A stretch of DNA of 64,000 nt from a virus. The translations under genes and the position numbers were made by a program. Location: the IMG/VR virus record IMGVR_UViG_3300045988_168118, one strand, 5' to 3'. Within the stretch, counting starts at the first letter, position 1. Every line of letters begins with the position of its first letter. Of the stretch, positions 1-6,035 are shown piece after piece. Below the pieces are notes generated by a model. It had not been told where the DNA came from, made no database searches, and saw nothing but the letters and a program-made list of their open reading frames with translations.

Positions 1-120
1 CAGCTCGATTTCATGGCTGAGAAAGTTAAGTGCTTCTTCTTTTGGTTCAAAGTCACTTTCTTCCAGAAAAGCTCTAATGGTTTCAAACCAATCTTTTTTT
101 GTCATTTTGTCTTTCATCAT
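1..120 (-). CDS. Early hypothetical protein, N-terminal part only (gene runs past the window start). Paralog of the 1389..1802 product.
   Basis: Minus-strand translation from ATG at 120 reads MKDKMTKKDWFETIRAFLEESDFEPKEEALNFLSHEIEL, similar to MTKKDFFKLLAGIVEKTEDFDKKTETLDFINHEIELL in 1389..1802. AGAGG lies 8 nt upstream and a consensus promoter sits at 155-183. Confidence 0.4.
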   Translation of the reverse strand, partial: MMKDKMTKKDWFETIRAFLEESDFEPKEEALNFLSHEIEL

Positions 121-154
121 ATTCATTACCTCTTTCTTTCTTTTGATATATTTA

Positions 155-183
155 TTATAGCATACTTTTTTGTTTTTGTCAAT
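155..183 (-). promoter_or_regulatory. Sigma-70-type promoter (TTGACA-17-TATAAT), first copy of a 75-nt duplicated promoter-leader cassette (127-200).
   Basis: On the minus strand, ttgaca at 183-178 and tataat at 160-155 with a 17-nt spacer. The cassette is near-identical to 409-483. Confidence 0.6.
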
Positions 184-213
184 TACTTTTTTATTTTTTT
201 TCTTTTCTGGTGC

Positions 214-402
214 TTACTTAATGTAAGCACCAGCAATAGACTTAACAGAGCCATCAGCATTGAAAAAGATAACATTATTCTGGATAACGTTAATACCTTT
301 ATTCTTTGCAAAATTTCTGAACACAAAGTCTGTATTCCAGAGTTTGATAAAATCAGCTTTTCTCATGCTTGCAAAACCTTTTGTGTAATTCATTGTTCTC
401 AT
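214..402 (-). CDS. Early hypothetical protein, 62 aa, MRTMNYTKGF...
   Basis: The ORF-track start at 492 lies upstream of the promoter. The usable start is ATG at 402, 9 nt after AGAGG and downstream of the 436-464 promoter. Confidence 0.45.
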   Translation of the reverse strand: MRTMNYTKGFASMRKADFIKLWNTDFVFRNFAKNKGINVIQNNVIFFNADGSVKSIAGAYIK

Positions 403-435
403 AGTCAATACCTCTTTCTTTCTTTTGATATATTT

Positions 436-464
436 ATTATAGCATACTTTTTTGCTTTTGTCAA
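436..464 (-). promoter_or_regulatory. Sigma-70-type promoter, second copy of the duplicated cassette (409-483).
   Basis: ttgaca at 464-459 and tataat at 441-436 on the minus strand, 17-nt spacer, followed by the leader gaaagaaagagg. Confidence 0.6.
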
Positions 465-749
465 TTACTTTTTTATTTTTTCTTGTTCCCACAAAACTAC
501 TTGAGTCATAAGCTTACCTTCTTCAATCCAGGCAAGAGAAAAGCTTACAATATTTGGTTGTTTTGGATTAAGATATTCAATAAAATCAATATCAAATTCA
601 AACTCCCATCCTTCTTTTTGATAGGATTCTAATAAATCATTAATAGCATTATAGCTATAATTATAGCTATAACTATCACTATTCCAAAAACCACCTTTTT
701 CTAAATCCGCTTCTAAGCGGTCTAAAATTTTTTCTAACATAAGTACCAC
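465..749 (-). CDS. Early hypothetical protein, 94 aa, acidic with YSYNYSYN.
   Basis: ORF with GGAAGGTGG RBS. Its own promoter is at 787-815. Confidence 0.5.
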   Translation of the reverse strand: MVLMLEKILDRLEADLEKGGFWNSDSYSYNYSYNAINDLLESYQKEGWEFEFDIDFIEYLNPKQPNIVSFSLAWIEEGKLMTQVVLWEQEKIKK

Positions 750-786
750 CTTCCTATTTCTTATTTCTTATTTATTTTATGTATAC

Positions 787-815
787 ATTATATCAAAAGA
801 AAAAATAAAAGTCAA
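787..815 (-). promoter_or_regulatory. Sigma-70-type promoter (TTGACT-17-TATAAT).
   Basis: Reverse complement of 787-815 reads ttgacttttattttttcttttgatataat. Confidence 0.5.
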
Positions 816-1006
816 TGGCATTTTACACAAAATATAATAAAATATTTTGTCTATTTTGACTATTGACAGGTTTAGCATTGTGCATAATAGAGAAAATTGG
901 CGGATTTTGATATAAAATTTTGTTCATTTTACCTATTGACAGAGATTTTTGTGCAAAACGGAGAATTTTGGGATAAAAAGTTTTTTATTTTTGTGCATTT
1001 TTTCTC

Positions 1007-1035
1007 TTGACAAAATCGTCAGCGTATGGTATAAT
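1007..1035 (+). promoter_or_regulatory. Plus-strand consensus promoter (TTGACA 1007-1012, TGgTATAAT 1027-1035), left half of face-to-face promoter unit A.
   Basis: 17-nt spacer and extended -10. Upstream tgtgcattttttctcttgacaaaat is identical to the upstream context of unit C at 4485-4509. No plus-strand gene lies downstream. Confidence 0.55.
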
Positions 1036-1044
1036 GGATATTTC

Positions 1045-1067
1045 GGTCGCCTTGATCCAAGGCGACC
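1045..1067. other. GC-rich hairpin ggtcgcc-ttgatccaa-ggcgacc centred between the two facing promoters of unit A.
   Basis: 7-bp perfect stem. Equivalent hairpins with different sequence but the same position occur in units B (4353-4375) and C (4533-4566). Confidence 0.55.
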
Positions 1068-1071
1068 CGCT

Positions 1072-1100
1072 ATTATACCACACTTTCGGGTGCTTGTCAA
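1072..1100 (-). promoter_or_regulatory. Minus-strand consensus promoter, right half of unit A.
   Basis: Reverse complement reads ttgacaagcacccgaaagtgtggtataat: -35 at 1100-1095, 17-nt spacer, extended -10 TGgTATAAT. Confidence 0.5.
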
Positions 1101-1290
1101 TAGGCAAAATAAACAAAATAAAAAATTTTTTGAGCCTTATTTTTGTTACATTTTCACAAAATTATAGACTGGGACTCTTTGTGCAACAATACCAAAATTA
1201 TAAAAATTTTTTGGCTATTTTTGTAATTTATGTGCATTGACTTTTTTGTTCTCTGGTATTTTTAAATAAAAAACATCCCTCCAGCAGCGG

Positions 1291-1328
1291 ATTTTTTGTG
1301 CAAAAAGTAGAAAAAAAATGCACAAAAA
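1291..1328. repeat. Inverted repeat TTTGTGCA-N20-TGCACAAA, operator-like.
   Basis: ttttttgtgcaaaaagtagaaaaaaaatgcacaaaaaagg. Half-sites recur throughout the islands at 890-1340, 4020-4660 and 7680-7930. Confidence 0.5.
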
Positions 1329-1339
1329 AGGAGGACGGA

Positions 1340-1375
1340 TTTTGTGTAATCCGCCCTCTTGACAAGGTTTATAAG
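1340..1375 (-). terminator. Weak hairpin (cggatt-ttgtgt-aatccg) then U-rich tract on the minus strand, downstream of gene 1389..1802.
   Basis: Minus strand reads cggattacacaaaatccg tcctcctttttt. Confidence 0.3.
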
Positions 1376-1388
1376 TTACTTTTTAGTT

Positions 1389-1802
1389 TTACTCTTCTTT
1401 CTCAGTTTCTTCTTCTTTTGCAAGAGAAAAGTAAGGAACTCTTTTTTCAACTGTCCTGACCACTTTGCCGGCTTCAATCATTTTTTTCAACAGTGCAGAC
1501 AACTTCTGAGAAGAAAGCTTACTCATTTCGGCGTTCTCTTTAATCATTGTAGTTACCGTGACAGGTTTACCAAACAGCTCTAAGGCAATTCCAATAAGTT
1601 CCATAAGCTCCTCATTTTCTTTAATGTGAGCTGTTTTCTTTTTGCCTGGTGCTGAAGATTTCTTATTTAACAGTTCAATCTCGTGATTGATAAAGTCAAG
1701 TGTTTCTGTTTTCTTGTCAAAATCTTCTGTTTTTTCTACGATACCTGCCAGCAGTTTAAAAAAGTCTTTTTTTGTCATTTTGTTTGTGTTTGTCATAATC
1801 AA
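1389..1802 (-). CDS. Early hypothetical protein, 137 aa, possible C-terminal winged-helix region. Paralog of the gene at the window start.
   Basis: ORF with AAAAGGGGAA RBS. Promoter at 1919-1947. A GC-rich leader hairpin gatggtc/gaccatc sits at 1855-1877. Confidence 0.5.
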   Translation of the reverse strand: MIMTNTNKMTKKDFFKLLAGIVEKTEDFDKKTETLDFINHEIELLNKKSSAPGKKKTAHIKENEELMELIGIALELFGKPVTVTTMIKENAEMSKLSSQKLSALLKKMIEAGKVVRTVEKRVPYFSLAKEEETEKEE

Positions 1803-1918
1803 ATTCCCCTTTTCTTTCTTTTAAAATTTTTTTGGTGGCTTGCGGTCGGTGGTCGATGGTCGATTTTGCTGACCATCCGAACCGCTGAAAATATTTTATT
1901 TATTGATTTGCTACAATG

Positions 1919-1947
1919 TTATTATACTACTTTTCTTTGCTATTGTC
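1919..1947 (-). promoter_or_regulatory. Sigma-70-type promoter (TTGACA-17-TATAAT).
   Basis: Reverse complement reads ttgacaatagcaaagaaaagtagtataat. Confidence 0.55.
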
Positions 1948-1957
1948 AAGCATTTTT

Positions 1958-2332
1958 TTATTTTTTCTTTTGTGGTCTATGTTTGATTAACGAAATTGAA
2001 TATTCCGCACCGCCAATTTTGAAAGTAATTTCTTTTTGCGGATTTGCGATTGTCACACTTTCAAAGTTCATTTCCTCAACTTCTTTCAAGTGACTTGCCA
2101 AAATTTCAATGATTTTGACTTTTTCCGCGTCCAATTTTACCTCACGTTTTTTCGTGCTTTTTTTCTCTGGTGTACTCTGAACATAGTTCTTAATGCCTTT
2201 AGCCTTAATTTCCATTTCCGCCATTTCAAGAGCTTCCTCTTTAGTTACCGGTTCTCCATCCGCTTCAAATTCTTTCATCAACTTAATAGCAAGCTTTTCG
2301 ATTGCATCTGCGGTCACTGTTGTTTTAGCCAT
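1958..2332 (-). CDS. Early hypothetical protein, 124 aa, Lys/Glu-rich.
   Basis: ORF. The 63-nt promoter-leader cassette lies upstream at 2358-2419. Confidence 0.5.
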   Translation of the reverse strand: MAKTTVTADAIEKLAIKLMKEFEADGEPVTKEEALEMAEMEIKAKGIKNYVQSTPEKKSTKKREVKLDAEKVKIIEILASHLKEVEEMNFESVTIANPQKEITFKIGGAEYSISLIKHRPQKKK

Positions 2333-2380
2333 GTTATATCACATCCTTTTTAAAATTTACTATTAACTTGTTACAATGGT

Positions 2381-2409
2381 ATTATATCGCATCTTAGCTT
2401 AAAAGTCAA
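2381..2409 (-). promoter_or_regulatory. Sigma-70-type promoter (TTGACT-17-TATAAT), copy 1 of a 63-nt exactly duplicated cassette (2358-2419 = 3149-3210).
   Basis: Placed by the 791-nt offset from the identical copy at 3172-3200. The conserved leader contains the palindrome TTGTAACAA. Confidence 0.55.
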
Positions 2410-3116
2410 GCACTTTCGTGTAATTCTTTTCTTTTTTTCTGCGGCAGTCTCCAACATGACGGCTTAATACTTCTATCCATTTTTTTATGCTGGTCAAAAC
2501 ATTTTTTCATAATTTCAATTTCAATTTTTACATCTTCTAAGCCTGTATGAGATTCTACAAAATCAATATTCTTTTTAATATATTTATAGCATACCTCAGC
2601 GTTAGTTAAAAGATTGCCTTTTTCAGACTCAAATCCGTTTTTCTCAGCAAATTTGATATAGGTGTTTGTACTTAAAATCATCTGACAAGCCATGTTCCAA
2701 ATACAAAAATATTCTGTACCATAAGGGAAAAACCAGCGAATAAAACTTTTGCTATGGTATCTAATAGCATTGTTTAATGCTTTTCTATCAAAATTCATAT
2801 TGTAAGCACCAACTTTTTTCACATTATATTCTCTCATGTCTGCAAACATCTGTTTTCTAATATTGAAAATGCTTTTCATGGTTCTTTTTCCGCTTTTTAA
2901 ATCATCCCAGTATTTCGGAATTTTTTCAGCGTAGTAGGCACTATTCATAGCTTCTTTCAAGTCAATAAATGTCTCAGCGACTACAAAGCTTCTTTCGGTG
3001 ACAATGTTACCGTGTCTATCTGCAATAGCATAGCCAATATCATAAGGGATTGGTTCATTTACACTATTCGCAGTTTCTGTATCCAATACCATGAAAAACT
3101 CTTTTCTTCTACTCAT
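2406..3116 (-). CDS. DEDDh-family 3'-5' exonuclease (DnaQ/epsilon, oligoribonuclease-like).
   Basis: Exo I motif VLDTETAN, Exo II GAYNMNFDRKAL and Exo III HTGLEDV are all present. The likely true start is ATG at 3116 (MSRRKEFF), 9 nt after GAGGA. The track start at 3131 is a TTG. Confidence 0.6.
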   Translation of the reverse strand: MSRRKEFFMVLDTETANSVNEPIPYDIGYAIADRHGNIVTERSFVVAETFIDLKEAMNSAYYAEKIPKYWDDLKSGKRTMKSIFNIRKQMFADMREYNVKKVGAYNMNFDRKALNNAIRYHSKSFIRWFFPYGTEYFCIWNMACQMILSTNTYIKFAEKNGFESEKGNLLTNAEVCYKYIKKNIDFVESHTGLEDVKIEIEIMKKCFDQHKKMDRSIKPSCWRLPQKKRKELHESA

Positions 3117-3171
3117 TTTTGATTTCCTCAACTTTCATTTATTTTTTTTACTATTAACTTGTTACAATGGT

Positions 3172-3200
3172 ATTATATCGCATCTTAGCTTAAAAGTCAA
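3172..3200 (-). promoter_or_regulatory. Sigma-70-type promoter, copy 2 of the 63-nt duplicated cassette.
   Basis: Reverse complement reads cttgacttttaagctaagatgcgatataat. Identical to the copy upstream of 1958..2332. Confidence 0.55.
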
Positions 3201-3210
3201 GCACTTTCGT

Positions 3211-3390
3211 TTATTTTTTAAAATCTTTTAACTGTTGGTTCGTAGACAACTCTTTAATTTTATATTTATGCAACCTATTGTTTAAACAATGAGTGCATGA
3301 ACCATGATTTCTGCATGACATTGACTTTGCTTTTGCTCTGCGGTATTCTTTTCTATGTTCTTTACCACTTCTGATTGCTTTATCCATCAT
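3211..3390 (-). CDS. Small basic Cys/His-rich protein, 59 aa (MMDKAIRSGKEHRKEYRRAKAKSMSCRNHGSCTHCLNNRLHKYKIKELSTNQQLKDFKK), possibly zinc-binding. Not in the ORF track because it is under 60 aa.
   Basis: Read manually from the minus strand. AGGTGA lies 8 nt upstream of ATG at 3390 and the stop TAA is at 3213-3211. Confidence 0.35.
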   Translation of the reverse strand: MMDKAIRSGKEHRKEYRRAKAKSMSCRNHGSCTHCLNNRLHKYKIKELSTNQQLKDFKK

Positions 3391-3407
3391 ATTCTATCAC
3401 CTACTTT

Positions 3408-3881
3408 CTATAAAAAATTTTTTAAGATTTCCATAATATTATTTACATCAAAAGCACCTTTTCCCCACTCGATTCGATTTTTTTCTTCATCATCAAAAAG
3501 CCACCCCTTGCAATCAACGACAGTACTTTTTGGTGTACCATAGTTTACAATTTTGATTTCATCCCATTTAATACTAGGTAAGTGTTTTTCAAGCCATGCA
3601 AGTTTTACACTTGTTACCGCCGTATTATAAGAAGCTGACCCGCTTTTACTTAACCAGCTTACAATACCAATTCTATAGCCATTAGCTTGTAACTTGTGAA
3701 GCACTCTTGCGAAAACTGAAAAATTAAAAAGTGGTTTTGCTACTTTGTATGGTGTAGTGTCTTCTTTTTCCAAATATGCTAACCAGTTTTCCACGCCGTA
3801 GAAGTTAGCAAGTGTGCCGTCCATGTCAAAATAAATAGTTCCCTTTGTGCTCATCATTTCTTTAATTGTATTATCCATCAT
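3408..3881 (-). CDS. HAD-superfamily 5'(3')-deoxyribonucleotidase-like protein (NT5C family).
   Basis: HAD motif I in YFDMDGTLANF, as in the cytosolic deoxyribonucleotidase VDMDGVLADF. The track start at 3893 is a TTG. The real start is probably the ATG-ATG at 3881/3878. Confidence 0.55.
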   Translation of the reverse strand: MMDNTIKEMMSTKGTIYFDMDGTLANFYGVENWLAYLEKEDTTPYKVAKPLFNFSVFARVLHKLQANGYRIGIVSWLSKSGSASYNTAVTSVKLAWLEKHLPSIKWDEIKIVNYGTPKSTVVDCKGWLFDDEEKNRIEWGKGAFDVNNIMEILKNFL

Positions 3882-3993
3882 AATAATTATCAATCCTTTC
3901 TTTTTTGATTATCGCAAGTGCCTTGCGACCGACCGCTCATTATGTAAGCTTTGCTTTATTTCTGATTTAAGTTTAATGTCCTTTGACAAGTAT

Positions 3994-4022
3994 ATATTAC
4001 TACATCTTAGCGAAAAAGTCAA
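3994..4022 (-). promoter_or_regulatory. Probable promoter (TTGACT-17-TAATAT) for 3408..3881, with leader hairpin cgcaag-gca-cttgcg at about 3925-3945.
   Basis: Reverse complement reads ttgactttttcgctaagatgtagtaatat. Confidence 0.4.
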
Positions 4023-4319
4023 ATTTATTTTTTATTGTGCAAAAGTGATGAAATTTTATATAAAAATCATAGTATTTTTGTCAAAATATACAAATGTAGA
4101 AAAATAATGCGGATTTAGGCGGATTCTTGTGCATTTTGCTACCTTAAATATCACATATTGTGTTTCTGCGTGTCAAAAAAGGTATGATTTTTTATTAAAA
4201 TTTCGTCACTTTGCACAAGGTGTAGAAAATTTTGGTATTATTTTATTAAATTTTGTGCATTTTGTATACCATGTCAAAAAATGGGATTTTTTTAATTTAT
4301 TTTTTGTGCAAATTGCCTA

Positions 4320-4348
4320 TTGACAAAAAGGTGCTAGATGTGGTATAA
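4320..4348 (+). promoter_or_regulatory. Plus-strand consensus promoter, left half of unit B.
   Basis: gcctattgaca-aaaaggtgctagatgtgg-tataat: -35 at 4320-4325, -10 at 4343-4348, extended TGg. Preceded by ttttgtgcaaattgcctattgaca. Confidence 0.55.
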
Positions 4349-4394
4349 TAAAATTTCGGGGTGCCCCGACCCCGAACGGACTTTGCCCTCTTTC

Positions 4395-4423
4395 ATTATA
4401 ACATACTCGAGCCACCTTGTCAA
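4395..4423 (-). promoter_or_regulatory. Minus-strand consensus promoter, right half of unit B.
   Basis: Reverse complement reads ttgacaaggtggctcgagtatgttataat (TGtTATAAT). It is followed on the minus strand by gaaagaggg and then the hairpin at 4353-4375 (ttcgggg..ccccgaa). Confidence 0.5.
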
Positions 4424-4501
4424 GAGTTTTTTTCAAAAAAAATGCACAAATTTTGGGATAAAAATTTTGAAAAATTTGTGCATTTTTTCTCTTGACAAAA
4501 T

Positions 4502-4530
4502 GTCTCAACTATGTTATAATGGAAGGCTCG
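4502..4530 (+). promoter_or_regulatory. Plus-strand consensus promoter, left half of unit C.
   Basis: ttgacaaaatgtctcaactatgttataat. Its upstream 25 nt are identical to unit A. Confidence 0.55.
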
Positions 4531-4568
4531 GCTCGCATTGACTGCTCGCGAGCCGGCTATTATAACAC

Positions 4569-4597
4569 ATTTTCCGCGACTTGTCAACCCCTTTTTA
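4569..4597 (-). promoter_or_regulatory. Minus-strand consensus promoter, right half of unit C.
   Basis: Reverse complement reads ttgacaagtcgcggaaaatgtgttataat. The hairpin ggctcgc-attgactgctc-gcgagcc (4533-4566) abuts both -10 elements. Confidence 0.5.
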
Positions 4598-4663
4598 AAA
4601 AATTTTTTATTTTCGTCATTTTGCACAAAAATAAAATTCAGCATTTTGCACAAAAAACAAAAG

Positions 4664-4700
4664 TCTAATTTACTTAGACTTTTGTTATAAAAATTTTTTC
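4664..4700. terminator. Bidirectional rho-independent terminator (caaaagtcta-atttact-tagacttttg with U-runs on both strands).
   Basis: 10-bp stem. It ends the plus-strand transcript from the unit C promoter, roughly 190 nt with no ATG, and the minus-strand gene 4751..4903. Confidence 0.55.
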
Positions 4701-4750
4701 TGCTTATGACTAGTTATTTTCATTATTTATTATTAAATTCACGTGATTTC

Positions 4751-4903
4751 TTATTTTTTTCGTTTCATTATTGCTTCATAAGCAATTTTTACTATTTCTT
4801 TTGAAATGTTTTGATTCTCTGCTATTTTACAGAATATAATTACTGTGTCATTTTCAAATCCTTTTACTTGAATCATTTTATCCATCATCTCTGTCCTTGT
4901 CAT
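4751..4903 (-). CDS. Small early protein, 50 aa (MTRTEMMDKMIQVKGFENDTVIIFCKIAENQNISKEIVKIAYEAIMKRKK). Not in the ORF track.
   Basis: Consensus promoter 4926-4954 and RBS AGAGAGG upstream of ATG at 4903. Confidence 0.35.
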   Translation of the reverse strand: MTRTEMMDKMIQVKGFENDTVIIFCKIAENQNISKEIVKIAYEAIMKRKK

Positions 4904-4925
4904 TATTGTTTTCCTCTCTTTCTTT

Positions 4926-4954
4926 AACTGTCTTTATTATATCACAAGAAGCTG
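4926..4954 (-). promoter_or_regulatory. Sigma-70-type promoter with conserved AAAGAGAGG leader.
   Basis: Reverse complement reads ttgacaaaatcagcttcttgtgatataat. Confidence 0.55.
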
Positions 4955-4971
4955 ATTTTGTCAACCCCTTT

Positions 4972-5205
4972 TTATAAAATTCCTTCAATTTTACAACATC
5001 TTCTGCAAGCATTAATACAATCATTCCATGCGTCATCATCATTTGCGTACTGCGTCAAGATTCTCTCATCCCACCCATCTTCTAACCCACAAGTAAACCA
5101 AACGTCAATGACAATGTCTTCGCTAATATTTTCTCTGATAAAAACATCCATCTGTCTAAGAAGATTCTTTCTAATTCTAACTATCTCTTTTCTTGATACG
5201 CTCAT
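4972..5205 (-). CDS. Early Cys-rich small protein, 77 aa (MSVSRKEIVRIRKNLLRQMDVFIRENISEDIV...CINACRRCCKIEGIL). Paralog of 5222..5509.
   Basis: The start is reassigned to ATG at 5205, after promoter 5236-5264 and RBS AGAGAGG. The track extends it upstream to 5346 through the promoter. Confidence 0.5.
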   Translation of the reverse strand: MSVSRKEIVRIRKNLLRQMDVFIRENISEDIVIDVWFTCGLEDGWDERILTQYANDDDAWNDCINACRRCCKIEGIL

Positions 5206-5221
5206 TTTATTTACCTCTCTT

Positions 5222-5509
5222 TCATTTGATACATTTATTATACCATATTTCCGACTTTTTGTCAACCCCTTTTTTAAAAAAATCAATTCCTTCAATTTCA
5301 AAACATTTGCGATAAGCGTTAATACAATTACACCAAGAATCATCATCGCTTACACACTTTGTTAGAATATCATCATTCCATCCATCTTTAAACAGGGGAA
5401 GCCAAACATTAGTTATTACGTCTTCACTAATGTATTTTCTGATGAATGAATTCATTCGTCTGAGATAATACTTTTTAATTTCAATTATTTCATCTCTTGA
5501 AAACTCCAT
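5222..5509 (-). CDS. Early Cys-rich small protein, 95 aa. Paralog of 4972..5205. Its C-terminus reads through the next promoter.
   Basis: ISEDVITNVWLPLFKDGWNDDILTKCVSDDDSWCNCINAYRKCFEIEG aligns with ISEDIVIDVWFTCGLEDGWDERILTQYANDDDAWNDCINACRRCCKIEG. Promoter 5537-5565. Confidence 0.5.
   Translation of the reverse strand: MEFSRDEIIEIKKYYLRRMNSFIRKYISEDVITNVWLPLFKDGWNDDILTKCVSDDDSWCNCINAYRKCFEIEGIDFFKKGVDKKSEIWYNKCIK
5236..5264 (-). promoter_or_regulatory. Sigma-70-type promoter followed by the ATCAAATGAAAGAGAGG leader.
   Basis: Reverse complement reads ttgacaaaaagtcggaaatatggtataat. Confidence 0.55.
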
Positions 5510-5536
5510 TTTTCCTCTCTTTCATTTGATATATTT

Positions 5537-5565
5537 ATTATACTATAGGTCTTGACTTTTGTCAA
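5537..5565 (-). promoter_or_regulatory. Sigma-70-type promoter whose -35 lies in a perfect palindrome ggtcttgac-tttt-gtcaagacc (5546-5567).
   Basis: Reverse complement reads ttgacaaaagtcaagacctatagtataat, followed by the atcaaatgaaagagagg leader. Confidence 0.55.
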
Positions 5566-5584
5566 GACCTATTTTAAATTAGTT

Positions 5585-5746
5585 TTAAAGAAGTTTTTGA
5601 AGTTTGCCGTCAGCATCAAATTGAAAGCCAATGTTTTCACCATAAGAAGAAAGCTCAGCTTCAAAATAATCCTTTTCCTCATAGCAAATCTCTATGTCGG
5701 CTTTTTTAAAAATCTGTAATAAAATTTCTTTATCTGTTTTTTTCAT
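5585..5746 (-). CDS. Small early protein, 53 aa (MKKTDKEILLQIFKKADIEICYEEKDYFEAELSSYGENIGFQFDADGKLQKLL). Not in the ORF track.
   Basis: Promoter 5783-5811 (TTGACA-17-TATACT) and RBS AAGAGG before ATG at 5746. Confidence 0.3.
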   Translation of the reverse strand: MKKTDKEILLQIFKKADIEICYEEKDYFEAELSSYGENIGFQFDADGKLQKLL

Positions 5747-5782
5747 TTTTATCAACCTCTTTCTCTTTCATTTGATATATTA

Positions 5783-5811
5783 AGTATAGCAGATATTTTT
5801 TATTTTGTCAA
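5783..5811 (-). promoter_or_regulatory. Sigma-70-type promoter (TTGACA-17-TATACT) with ATCAAATGAAAGAGAAAGAGG leader.
   Basis: Reverse complement of 5783-5811. Confidence 0.45.
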
Positions 5812-5873
5812 GCCTTTTTTAAAAAAAGGAAGATTTTTTATCTTCCTTTTTTCCCCATAACTCCATCTTGTTT

Positions 5874-6035
5874 TTATCTCAGTAATCTTAATAAATAGTT
5901 ATTTTCATGCTCTTTCAAAAAAGCGTTAATTTCTTCTATTGTTTCAGCGTAAATCTCGCCTGTCTCAGTGTCTACCAACATCAATTTTTTACTTCCTAAA
6001 AATAATCCTAAATCTAACATATTTAAGCCCTCCAT
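5874..6035 (-). CDS. Tiny ORF, about 53 aa (MEGLNMLDLGLFLGSKKLMLVDTETGEIYAETIEEINAFLKEHENNYLLRLLR), translationally coupled to the ORF upstream of it.
   Basis: TAATG stop/start overlap at 6033-6037. An internal ATG at 6020 is preceded by GGAGGG. Confidence 0.25.
   Translation of the reverse strand: MEGLNMLDLGLFLGSKKLMLVDTETGEIYAETIEEINAFLKEHENNYLLRLLR

Noticed and set aside
214-5346. ORF-track starts at 492, 3131, 3893, 5346, 6928, 15490, 20181, 40321 and 51225.
   Set aside because: These extended starts are TTG or GTG codons, or ATGs lying upstream of the gene's own promoter or inside a terminator. A downstream ATG with AGGAGG-type spacing is the more plausible start in each case.
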